Below, piece after piece: positions 42,112-53,841 of a stretch of 64,000 nt of DNA (the first letter of the stretch is position 1; every line of letters starts with the position of its first letter). Source of the stretch: an uncultured Chloroflexia bacterium (lineage in GTDB: Bacteria; Chloroflexota; Limnocylindria; Limnocylindrales; CSP1-4); assembly GCA_963817745.1 (NCBI GenBank), contig CAWFPC010000008.1, positions 67,009 to 131,008 on the forward strand, written 5' to 3'. The notes under the pieces are model-generated. The model was not told the DNA's origin. It made no database searches and saw nothing but the letters and a program-made list of their open reading frames with translations. The position numbers were made by a program, and so were the translations under genes.

Positions 42112-43058
42112 CCGGGGCGGCACCCGAGGTCTCGCCGGGGCCGGAGGTGGCGGCCGCGATCGCGGCACTCGTCGCGGCACGACCGCCGCTCCTCGTCGTG
42201 GCGGATTTCGACGGGACGCTCGCGACCGGATCGCGCGATCCGGCCGCGGCGACGATCGAACCGCTGGCCCAGCGCGCGTTGCGCGCGCTCGTCCGCCGGT
42301 CCGTCGCGCAGCCGGGCCGGCTCCATCTCGCGATCCTCACCGGACGGACGGTCGCCGACGTCGTCGCGCGGGTCCGGGTCGGTGGCCTCGAGTATCTCGG
42401 CGATCACGGGCTGCAGGGTGCGGTCGCGCCCCGTGGCGTCAGGCCGGGCCGCCTGACGGGGAGCCCGCAGCCGGGCTTCGAGGGCTACCGCGATCCCGCG
42501 GAGCTGCTCGCGACCGGGGTGGCCGCCACGCTCGGCGATCCGCCATGGCTGTTCGTCGAGCGCAAGGGACCGTCCGTCGCCTTCCACGTCCGCCAGGCCG
42601 ACGACGTCCCGGTGGCCCGTGCCGCGGTCCTCGATGCGATCGTCGCCGTGGAGCAGGCGTACGGCCTCGCGGACCACGGCCTGCTCCCGTATCGCGGCCG
42701 CTCGGTCGTGGACCTGCGGCCGGAGCACGCCGGCGGCAAGCGCGAGGCGATGGAGCGACTCATCGAGCGGCACGATCCGGGTGGGGTCGTCGTCCTGGGC
42801 GACGAGCTGAGCGACGTCGATGCGTTCGAGGCGGTCGTCGCCGCCGGGTCCGGCATTGGCGCCGGGTCGGCCGCCGTTGCGACCGGCGGCGGCGTCCGTC
42901 GCGGGCCGCCCGTCGCGGTGACGGTCGCGGTCCATGCCCATGGAGGACGCCCGGCCCCGGCGGAGCTGCTCGAGCTGGCGAGTGTCCGGCTGGCCTCGCC
43001 GCACGAGGTCGGACGGTTCCTGTCGGCGTTGGGTCGGGAGCTGGCGCGCGCCGGTTGA
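42108..43058 (+). CDS. HAD-IIB hydrolase, trehalose-6-phosphate phosphatase-like
   Basis: Motif I LLVVADFDGTLA, a cap-domain region, and motif IV GDELSDVDAF. GTG start overlaps the upstream stop. Confidence 0.55.
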   Translation: MTGAAPEVSPGPEVAAAIAALVAARPPLLVVADFDGTLATGSRDPAAATIEPLAQRALRALVRRSVAQPGRLHLAILTGRTVADVVARVRVGGLEYLGDHGLQGAVAPRGVRPGRLTGSPQPGFEGYRDPAELLATGVAATLGDPPWLFVERKGPSVAFHVRQADDVPVARAAVLDAIVAVEQAYGLADHGLLPYRGRSVVDLRPEHAGGKREAMERLIERHDPGGVVVLGDELSDVDAFEAVVAAGSGIGAGSAAVATGGGVRRGPPVAVTVAVHAHGGRPAPAELLELASVRLASPHEVGRFLSALGRELARAG

Positions 43059-43092
43059 GGCCGTCGGGGCAGGTGCGCCTGGCGTCGGGAGC

Positions 43093-44616
43093 CTAGTGCG
43101 CCGCGCCGCCGCTCCGCGGCCGCGCGCGCCGTCCGCCTAGCCCGGCGGGATCGTCGCGATCGCCTGCGCGGCCTGCGTCGACCATGTCGAGGAGCGTCGT
43201 CGGGAACAGGCCGAACAGGATCGTGAGCGTGGTCGCGGCCGCGAGTCCGCCCCACAGCAGCGCCCCGTGGCGCAGCGCGGGCGCATCCGATGCGGGTTCG
43301 CGCATGAACATGTACACCACGACGCGCAGGTAGTAGAACGCGGCGGCCGCGGCGTTGAGGACCAGCAGGACGGCGAGCCAGGTCATCGCGCCACCGGCTT
43401 CCACCGCGGAGACGATCACCTCGTACTTCGCGAAGAACCCGGCGGTCGGCGGGATGCCGATCAGGGACAGCAGGAACAGGGTCATGAGCGCGGTCAGCAG
43501 CGGCTCGCGCCGCGCCAGCCCGGCGAACGTCTCGAGCGACGACGTCACCCCGGCCCGCTTCTGGAGCGCCGCGATGACCGCGAAGGCGCCGAGGTTCATG
43601 AACGCGTACGCCGCGGCATAGAAGAGGAGCGCGGTCAGGCCCTCGATCTGGCCGGCGGCGTAGGCCGCGAGCCCGACCAGCATGTACCCGGTGTGGGCGA
43701 TCGAGCTGTACGCGAGCATCCGCTTGACGTTGTCCTGCGTCAGCGCCACGAGGTTGCCGAGCGTCATCGTCAGGGCCGCGAGCACGATCACGATCGGCAG
43801 CCAGAACTCGGCCAGCGGGCCGAGGGCCTCGACGAACAGCCGCAGGATGAGCGCGAACGCCCCGACCTTCGGACCGACCGACAGGTAGCCCGTGATCGGG
43901 GTCGGGGAGCCCTGGTACGCGTCAGGCGTCCAGTAGTGGAACGGCACCGCGGCGATCTTGAACGCCACGCCGGTCGTCAGGAACGCCAGCCCCATCGCGA
44001 GGCCGGCGGACAGCGGCTCGTTGCCGGCCACGATGTCGGCCAGCACGCTGGCCACGCCGTCGACCCGGGTCGTGCCGGTCAGCCCCCACACGAAGGCGAG
44101 CCCGAACAGGAAGATCGCCGAGCTGAACGAGCCGAGGAGGAAGTACTTGATCGCGCCCTCGGTCGAGTAGGAATCGGTCTTGTGGTAGCCCGCGAGCAGG
44201 TAGCCCGGCAGGACCATGAGCTCGAGTCCGAGGAACAGCAGCAGGAGATCCGTGGAGCCGGCGATGAGCATCGCGCCACTCATCGCGAACACGAGGATGG
44301 CGGCGAACTCGGCGATCGGCAGGTTGCGTGGCAGGAGGTAGTCCGGCGCGAAGAGGATCGTCAGCACGATGATCGAGATGAACAGCACGTCGAGGAACGT
44401 CGTGAGCGCGTCGACCGTGTACGCACCGTCGAACGCCGTGGCCTCCGTCGCGCCGACGGCGATCGTCAGGAGGGCCGTGATGCCCAGTCCGAACAGCGCG
44501 GTCGCGATCGCGGCCGACGATCGACCGGGCCAGGCGATGTCGACGATCACGATCGCCGCGGCCGTGAGGATGGCCGCGATCAGCGGCGAGAGCGTGACGA
44601 TGTCCTGGAAGCTCAA
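43093..44616 (-). CDS. nuoN: NADH-quinone oxidoreductase subunit N
   Basis: 14-TM antiporter-like subunit with ...FHYWTPDAYQGSPTPITGYLSVGPKVGAFALILR...MLAYSSIAHTGYML. Last gene of the operon. Confidence 0.85.
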   Translation of the reverse strand: MSFQDIVTLSPLIAAILTAAAIVIVDIAWPGRSSAAIATALFGLGITALLTIAVGATEATAFDGAYTVDALTTFLDVLFISIIVLTILFAPDYLLPRNLPIAEFAAILVFAMSGAMLIAGSTDLLLLFLGLELMVLPGYLLAGYHKTDSYSTEGAIKYFLLGSFSSAIFLFGLAFVWGLTGTTRVDGVASVLADIVAGNEPLSAGLAMGLAFLTTGVAFKIAAVPFHYWTPDAYQGSPTPITGYLSVGPKVGAFALILRLFVEALGPLAEFWLPIVIVLAALTMTLGNLVALTQDNVKRMLAYSSIAHTGYMLVGLAAYAAGQIEGLTALLFYAAAYAFMNLGAFAVIAALQKRAGVTSSLETFAGLARREPLLTALMTLFLLSLIGIPPTAGFFAKYEVIVSAVEAGGAMTWLAVLLVLNAAAAAFYYLRVVVYMFMREPASDAPALRHGALLWGGLAAATTLTILFGLFPTTLLDMVDAGRAGDRDDPAGLGGRRARPRSGGAAH

Positions 44617-46275
44617 TGGGCCGCCGCGCCTTCCGTGGCCCCGGTCTCGGTCGGTCGGCCCTGGGCCAGGACCCAGCCGATCCGTCCGAGGATCCCGACG
44701 ACGAGCAGGCCCAGGATGACCAGCACCATGGTCGGGTCGAGCGCGATCGCCGCGCCGGAGCCCGCGGCCTCGAGCGTCGTCGTCGACGTGCCCGGCAAAC
44801 AGGTCGAGCAGGAGGCCCGGGCTGGATCCCGAACACCACGACGAGCGTGGCCAGCGGCACGAGGGTGAGGACCTCGGTCGGCGTCATGTCCGTCAGGTGG
44901 TCACCGAGGCTGGCCAGGAAGTCGGACACCTCGCCGAACACGATCCGGCCGTACATGTACAGCAGGTAGCCGGCCGCCAGCACCATCACGACGGTCGCGA
45001 TGGCGGCCGCCAGCCGGACTCACCTCGAACGTGCCGACGAGGGTCAGGAACTCCCCGACGAAGCCCGACAGCCCGGGCAGGCCGGCCGACGCGAACACGA
45101 AGAACCCGAACACCGCGGCATACACCGGCATGCGCGCCGAGAGGCCGCCCATCTTCGCGATCGTCCGGTCGTGGGTCCGTTCGTAGATGACGCCGACGAG
45201 CAGGAACAGGGCGCCGGTGATGAGGCCGTGGTTGATCATCTGCAGGATCGCGCCCTGGATGCCCTGCTCGGTGAAGACGAACAGGCCGAGCGTCACGAAG
45301 CCCATGTGGCTGACCGACGAGTAGGCGACCAGCCGCTTGAGGTCGGGCTGGACGAGGGCGACGATCGCGCCGTAGATGATCGCGATGAGCGAGAGCACGA
45401 TGATCGCCGGTGCGAACGTCTGCGCGGCGTCGGGGAAGAGCGGGATCGCGAACCGGATGAAGCCGTACGCCCCGAGCTTGAGCATGATCGCGGCCAGGAT
45501 CACCGAGCCCGCGGTCGGCGCCTCGGTGTGGGCGTCGGGCAGCCAGGTGTGGAACGGGAACATCGGCACCTTGATCGCGAAGGCGAGGAAGAAGGCCAGG
45601 AACGCCCCGAGCTGGAGCGCCGGTGCGAAGCCGCCGGTCGGGCTCATCGCGAACTCGCGCAGGACCTCGAAGTCGAACGCGCCGGTCCAGTCGCCACCCT
45701 GCGTCGTCGAGAAGGCGTACGCCGTCGCCAGGATCGCCACGAGCATGAGCAGCGAGCCGACGAGCGTGTACAGGACGAACTTGATCGTCGCGTAGATGCG
45801 GTTCGCGCCACCCCAGATCCCGATGATCAGGTACATCGGGACGAGGACGATCTCCCAGAAGATGTAGAACAGGAACATGTCCAGCGCGAGGAAGACGCCG
45901 ATCATGCCGACCTCGAGGACCAGGAACGCGATCATGTATTCCTTGATCCGGGTCGTGATCGGCTTGAAGCTCGCCAGGATGCTGATCCAGGAGAGCGTCG
46001 TGGTGAGCACCAGCAGGGCCGCGGACAGCCCGTCGAGCCCGAGCTTGAACTGGATGCCGAAGACCGGGATCCAGTCGTACGTCTCCTCGAACTGGAACCC
46101 GGGCGACGTCGGCAGGATAGCCCAGCAGGATCCACAGCGAGACGACCCAGGTCGCGAGCGCGAAGCCGAGCGCCACCGGTCGGGCGTACGACGCCGGCAG
46201 CACGGCCACGGCGATCGCGCCCAGCAGCGGCAGGAACGTGACGAGCGTGAGGATCGGCAGGCTGCTGATGTCCAT
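44613..46275 (-). CDS. nuoM: NADH-quinone oxidoreductase subunit M; 2 frame changes (~45995, ~44800)
   Basis: MDISSLPILTLVTFLPLLGA... then ...FHTWLPDAHTEAPTAGSVILAAIMLKLGAYGFIRF...LVAYSSVSHMGFVTLG. Confidence 0.8.
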
Positions 46276-46277
46276 CG

Positions 46278-48276
<1,999 letters not shown>

Positions 48277-48280
<4 letters not shown>

Positions 48281-48588
48281 TGGCGCATCGCGTCGTATTC
48301 GTCGACGAGCGGCGTCTTCTTGTTGCGGTAGATCGCGATGACGATGGCGAGGCCGACGGTGGCCTCGGCGGCCGCGACGGCCATGACCATCAGCGCGATC
48401 ACCGAGCCCTGCGCACCGAGGGCCGGGATGAAGGCCCCGAACGCGACGATGGAGAGGTTGACCCCGTTGAGCATCAGCTCGATCGACATGAGCATGCTGA
48501 TCGCGTTGCGCCGCGCCAGGAAGCCGAACGTCCCGATCGCGAAGAGGATCCCCGACAGGACCAGGTATGCGTCGAGGCTGTCGCTCAC
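48277..48588 (-). CDS. nuoK: NADH-quinone oxidoreductase subunit K
   Basis: 103 aa, 3 [39 protein letters not shown] is canonical NuoK. Confidence 0.9.
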
Positions 48589-49175
48589 GACGGGCCGCCC
48601 GGCTCGCGCTTGGCGAGGAAGACGGCCCCGATGACCGCCGCCAGCAGCAGCACGCTCACGATCTCGAACGCGAGCACGAAGTCGGTGAACAGCACCTGCG
48701 ACATGGCGTCGGTCGCCAGCCGGATGCGCTTGTCGACCTCGCCCCAGTCGGTCGCCGAGATCGCGAGCGCGATGAGGACCGCGATCACGACCGCCGCGAT
48801 CGCCGCGGGACCCGCCTGCGTCTGGAAGACGAGCCGCGCCGGCGCGTCCTTCGTCTGGGTGAGCATGATCGCGAAGAGGACGAGGACGCTGATGGCGCCG
48901 ATATAGACGATGACCTGCGCCGCACCGATGAGCGGGGCGCCCATCAGCACGTAGATCCCGGCGAGCGCCCCGAAGCAGACGATCATCGCGAGACCGCAGC
49001 GGATGATGTCGCGCATCGTCACGACGAGGAAGCCGGCGCCGATCATCACCGCGGCGAGGATCCAGAACAGCGCGTCCTCCCAGTCCTGGCCGAGGAACAC
49101 GAGCATGAGCACGGCGACGCCAAGGACGGTGCCCAGGACCACCAGCGCGACGAGGATGGCGAGGAGCGTGCGCAT
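48585..49175 (-). CDS. nuoJ: NADH-quinone oxidoreductase subunit J
   Basis: [24 protein letters not shown]...; 5 TM. ATG at 49175 was chosen within a longer upstream ORF. Confidence 0.85.
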   Translation of the reverse strand: MRTLLAILVALVVLGTVLGVAVLMLVFLGQDWEDALFWILAAVMIGAGFLVVTMRDIIRCGLAMIVCFGALAGIYVLMGAPLIGAAQVIVYIGAISVLVLFAIMLTQTKDAPARLVFQTQAGPAAIAAVVIAVLIALAISATDWGEVDKRIRLATDAMSQVLFTDFVLAFEIVSVLLLAAVIGAVFLAKREPGGPS

Positions 49176-49185
49176 CGGGCGGGCG

Positions 49186-51829
49186 CTACTCGTGCCCGCC
49201 GGGGCCGAGGGCGGCGACCGCCCCGTGGCCATCACCATGCCCGTGATCGTGGCCATGGCCGTTGCCACCGTTTCCGGCCGGGGTGCCCGCGACCGCGGCC
49301 GGGAGCACCGGGAGGAATCTGGTCGTGTCGATGACGCGGCCCTCGGCCGCGGCCCGGCTCGCCCAGTCGCGCTCGCGCCGGATGTAGGTGACCTCGGTCT
49401 CGCGATCGATCGACGCGAGCGCCATGAGATCGATGGTCGGCTCCGCCCGACCGGTATGGGCGAGCTCGATGTCGCCGCCGTCGCGCAGCGCGTCGTACGG
49501 GCAGGCATCGACGCAGATGCCGCACAGGATGCAGCGGCTCTCGTCGACCTCGTACTTCTCGAGGACGCGCGGCTTGGGCATGAGCGCGCCCGTCGGGCAC
49601 GTCTCGGCGCAGCGGCCGCACGACACGCACGGGGTGTCGTTCAGGCTCATGTCGAGCGGCGTGGTCACGAGCGTGTCGAAGCCGATCCGCATGAAGTCGT
49701 AGCACGCCGCGCCGACGACCTCGGAGCAGACCTGGGCGCACCGGCCGCAGTCGATGCAGCGTGACGGCTCGCGCAGGATGAACGCGTGGGAGTCGTCGCG
49801 GATGTAGTCGTGGTTGACGCCCGTGAAGCGGTTCTCGGTGACGCTCCGATAGCCCGCGCCCTGGTGGTGCGCCGGTTCGAGGGTCTGGAGCGTCGTGCCG
49901 TACTCGATGCCCAGCCGTCGCAGGTCGCAGAAGCCGATCGCCTCGCAGGTGCACTGCAGGCAGCGGGTCGACTCCGCGATGGCGGCCTCGCGGGTGTACG
50001 GCAGCTCGTACTCGATATAGCTGCTGTTGCGGAGGTCGGCCTCCAGCGCGGTCATCCGGTAGCGCGGTTCCTTGACCTCGCTCGTGAACGGCACGATCGA
50101 CAGGAACTCCGGCTGCGGCTCGGCCAGCGTCTGGCGCGTCCGGATCGCCGACAGGTCCAGGCCCTTGAGGAAGGCATCCACCGCGTACGCGGAACGCCGT
50201 CCCTCGGCGACGGCCTGGACCACGGTCGCCGCGCCGATGCGCACGTCACCCGTGCCGAAGACCCCCGGTCGTCCGGTCTCGAAGGTGACGGCGTCCGCCT
50301 TCAGGCGCCACTGCTTGGTCTTCTCTGGCCCCTCGTTGCCGGGCTGCTCCAGCCAGTCGAGCTCGGGGCCCTGGCCGATGGCCAGCAGCACCCGGTCGCA
50401 GGGGATCGTGAACTCGGTCCCGGGCGCGGGCTCCGGCCGTCGGCGTCCGGACGCGTCCGGCGCACCGAGCGCCATCCGGATGAACTCCACGCCGGTCACG
50501 TTCCCGTCGTCGTCGACCATGACCCGCGTCGGGCCGGCCTGGAAGATGGCGGTCACGCCCTCCTCGATGGCCTCGTGGACCTCGTCGGCGGCCGGCATGT
50601 CCTTCATGTCGCGGCGGTAGACGAGCGTGACCTCCTTCGCGCCCTGGCGGACCGAGGTGCGCGAGCAGTCCATCGACGTGAACCCGCCACCGATGACGAC
50701 GACCCGCTTGCCGACGTGATCGGGATACGGCAGCCCGAGCGTGGCCGTCCGCAGGTACTCGAGGCCGTCGAGCACCTCGGCGGCGTCCTCGTTGGGGATG
50801 CCGAGCTTGTTCGTGTCGTAGCAGCCGATGGCGACGACGACGGCATCGAAGCCCTGGTTCGGTCAGGTCGTCGAGCGAGAAATCGCGCCCGAGTCCCGCG
50901 TTGCAGACCATCTTCCCGCCGAGACGGGTGACCAATTCGTACTCCGCCTCGAGCACCTCGACCTTCGGCAGGCGGTACTGCGGGATCCCGTAGCGGAGCA
51001 TGCCGCCGGGCGCCGGGTCGCGCTCGAAGACCGTCACGTCGTGGCCGGCGATCAGGAGGTAGTAGGCGGCGCTCATGCCGGCCGGCCCTGACCCGATGAC
51101 CGCGGCCCGACGGCCCGACTTCACCTGCTGCTCGAACGGGACCGGCGGGTCCACGCCGTCGTCCAGCATGGACTTGAGGACCTGGTCGCCCGCGTAGCGA
51201 TGGGTGTCGCGGATGGCGATCGCCTCGTCGACCTCGTCGCGCCGGCAATGCTCCTCGCACGGTGCCGGGCAGACCCGGCCGAGGACGCTGGGGAACGGGA
51301 TCGTCCGCTTGAAGATCCGTGCCGACTCGCGGAAGTCGCCCTCGGCGTTGGCCTTGAGGAAGCCCGGGATGTCGATGTGGCTCGGGCACTTGTTCTGGCA
51401 CGGCGGCAGGCAGTAGGCGTTGTGGTCGCTGAAGATCAGCTCCAGGTTGGTCCGGCGCAGCCGGCGGACCTCCTCGGTCTGCGTCTGCACCTTCATCTCG
51501 GGCTCGCAGGTGCGCGAGCACGAGATCGGCGGATGCTCCTCGCCCTCGACCTCGACGACGCACATGCGGCACGCCCCGAACCCGGGCAGCTTCGGCTCGT
51601 AGCACAGGGTCGGGATCTCGATGCCGTTGTCGCGGCAGACCTCGAGGATCGTCTGGCCCTCGTAGCCCTCGACGACGCGGCCGTCGACCTCGATACGGAT
51701 CCGCGGGGTGGACTGCGGCCGCTGCGGCGACTGGGTGTCGAGCAGCCGCTCCGCCAGCGAATCGGCGTTCGTTCGGGCCGTCGTCGTCGGAAGGGGGCGG
51801 CCGTCGGGGCGGGCGATGGTGTCGGTCAT
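49186..51829 (-). CDS. Multi-cluster flavoprotein replacing canonical NuoG: NuoG-N-terminus-like [2Fe-2S] + His-ligated [4Fe-4S], a GltD-like FAD/NAD(P)H oxidoreductase core, a C-terminal 2x[4Fe-4S] ferredoxin domain and a His-rich tail; one frameshift near 50822
   Basis: IRIEVDGRVVEGYEGQTILEVCRDNGIEIPTLCYEPKLPGFGACRMCVVEVEG (N1b-like). SDHNAYCLPPCQNKC (H-x3-C-x2-C-x5-C, N5-like). GltD dinucleotide folds RRAAVIGSGPAGMSAAYYLL and KRVVVIGGGFTSMDCSRT. Then CIDCGRCAQVC..., CVSCGRCAETCP and CILCGICVDACP, ending PAGNGGNGHGHDHGHGDGHGA. ATG overlaps the nuoF stop (ATGA). Confidence 0.6.
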
Positions 51830-53122
51830 CAGGAGGCCTCGGTCGCGGCCGGCACGGGTGGGCGGGCAGGGTCCAACTCGGATGCGAAGTATCGCATCCC
51901 GCTGGTCAGCGGAAGGGTGGCCAGGCGCTCGTGGTCGCACAGGGCGGACGCCACGATGTCGGCGGCGAGATCGATGGCCAGGGCGTCGTCGGTGGGGCGG
52001 GTCAGGCCGCGCTCGCGGCGATCGACGATCTCGGCGAGGCGCTTCGTGCCGATCCGGCACGGGATGGTCTTGCCGCACGCCTCGGTGGAGCAGAAGCGGG
52101 TCAGCACCCCGATGAGCTCCACGAGATCGGTCCGGTCGTCGACGACGACGAGGGAACCCGAGCCCGAGATGCGCGCCCGCGGCGCGCAGGGTCGCGAAGT
52201 CATAGGGCGTGTCGAGCGCATCCGGGGGCAGCAGCCCGCCCGACGGGCCGCCGACGAGCACCGCCTTGAGCGTTCGCCTGGCCGGCAGCGCCCCGCCGAG
52301 GCCGACGATGTCGCGCAGCGGCGTCCCGAGCGGGACCTCGGCGATGCCCTGGCCGCTCGGCGTGCGAACCTGGACGAGCACGGTGCCCGGGCTGTCGCTC
52401 GTGCCGATCGCCCGGAAGGCGTCGGGGCCGTGGCGCACGATCCAGGGGACGGCGGCCAGCGTCTGGACGTTGTTGACGACCGTCGGCATGCCGAACAGCC
52501 CGCGTTCCGCCGGATGGGGTGGCCGCTGCTCGGGCTGTCCACGCTTGCCCTCGAGGGCCTTGAGCAGGACGGTCTCCTCGCCGAGCATGTACGCGCCCTG
52601 CACGGGCCGCACCGTGATGTGCAGGTCGTGCCCCGACGCGAGGACGTTGCTGCCCAGGAAGCCGGCATCGGTCGCGGCGCCGATGGCCGCGGCGACGCTC
52701 GCGATGACCTCGCTGTCCTCGGCGCGGACGGCGATGAACGCCTCGGTCGCGCCCACGGCGTACGCCGCGATCGCGAGGCCCTCGACGACGGCGAACGGGT
52801 CGCGGACGAGCAGCGTGCGATCGGTATGCGAGGCGGGATCCGCCCCGTACCCGTTGGCCACCACGTAGCGACGGGGCGCCTCCGTCCGGACCGCGGTCCG
52901 CCACTTCTCGCCGGTCGGGTAGCCGGCACCGCCTCGCCCGCGCAACCCTGACGCGGCGATCGTGGCGATCACCGCGGTCCCGCCGAGATCGCGCAGGGCC
53001 ATCCGGAGCGCGTCGAAGGCGCCGTCCGCCACCGCGGCATCGAGGTCCGTGGGATCGGTGGCGCGCGCCCGCGCGAGGAGGATCGTCGGCCAGTCGGCCG
53101 GCGTCGTGAGGAGTTCGGTCAT
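51829..53122 (-). CDS. nuoF: NADH-quinone oxidoreductase subunit F (51-kDa FMN/NADH-binding subunit); frameshift near 52135
   Basis: GLRGRGGAGYPTGEKW (FMN/NADH site), GYGADPASH..., LAIAAYAVGATEAFIAVRAED, and a C-terminal SLBB/4Fe-4S region (...RFCSTEACGKTIPCRIGTKRL...SALCDHERLA). Confidence 0.85.
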
Positions 53123-53841
53123 GGCGTTACGCCCTGGCCGGAGCGCCGGAGCGCCCGCCCCCATCCGACGTCTTGCCGCGCCCGCCGCGCCGGCCACCGC
53201 CGAGCGCGCTGTCGAGGGCCGCGAGATAGCTCGACTTCGGGCGGACGTTGGTCGCTCACCGCGGTCGCCTGCTCGACCGATGCCGGTGGCTCGAAGCGCA
53301 GGTGCGCGTAGTAGCTCGCCGTCCCGTAGATCATCGCGTACCAGGCGCCGGTGGCGTGGCTGATGCGCTTGAGCGCCGCCACCGGGAGGTAGCCGTAGGC
53401 CGTCTGCGTCGCCTCGAGGATCTCGAGCATGCGGGCCGGATCGTGGTCGTACTCCTCGAGGATCGTGTCCACGACGGCGAGGTCGACCGGCGCGAACGGC
53501 ACGTACGCCGGATCGGGCACGGGCCGGCCGGAGCGACGCAGCGCGGATTCCTCGCGGCGCTCGCCGTACGTCTCCGACGCGCCCCAGTGGACGTGGTAGC
53601 GCCCGCGGGTGTCGATGCCGCCCATGTCGATGCATTCGATCGGACACGCCTGGGCGCACTGGAAGCAGGTCTCGCACTTGAGCGTGCCCCACTCGTCGTA
53701 GAGCAGCTGCAGCCGGCCGCGGAACTTGTGCGGGACGTCGACCCGCACCTCGGGGTACATGACGGTGACCTTGGGCTCGAAGAAGCGGCGCAGGGTCAGG
53801 GCCATGCCCTTCGCGATGCCCAGGCCCGGGATGAGCGTCAT
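53119..53841 (-). CDS. Chimeric ORF: NuoI N-terminal half (one [4Fe-4S] motif only) fused in frame to a NuoE-like N-terminal helical domain that lacks the thioredoxin-like [2Fe-2S] domain
   Basis: MTLIPGLGIAKGMALTLRRFFEPKVTVMYPEVRVDVPHKFRGRLQL...LKCETCFQCAQACPIECIDMGGIDTRGRYHVHW is NuoI up to just before cluster 2. Then ...VDLAVVDTILEEYDHDPARMLEILEATQTAYGYLPVAALKRISHATGAWYAMIYGTASYYAHLRFEPP is the NuoE N-domain. No Cys occurs in any frame between 53123 and 53300. ATG overlaps the nuoH stop. Confidence 0.5.
   Translation of the reverse strand: MTLIPGLGIAKGMALTLRRFFEPKVTVMYPEVRVDVPHKFRGRLQLLYDEWGTLKCETCFQCAQACPIECIDMGGIDTRGRYHVHWGASETYGERREESALRRSGRPVPDPAYVPFAPVDLAVVDTILEEYDHDPARMLEILEATQTAYGYLPVAALKRISHATGAWYAMIYGTASYYAHLRFEPPASVEQATAVSDQRPPEVELSRGPRQRARRWPARRARQDVGWGRALRRSGQGVTP

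Noticed and set aside
44613-44798. Separate 61-aa ORF (MPGTSTTTLEAAGSGAAIALDPTMVLVILGLLVVGILGRIGW...)
   Set aside because: Interpreted as the frame-shifted C-terminal tail of nuoM rather than an independent small membrane protein.
49186-49640. C-terminal 2x[4Fe-4S] region considered as the missing second half of NuoI
   Set aside because: The two CxxCxxCxxxCP motifs are separated by only ~14 residues (ferredoxin-like spacing, not the ~35-40 of NuoI). The segment is contiguous in frame with the GltD-like protein and ends in a His-rich tail absent from NuoI.
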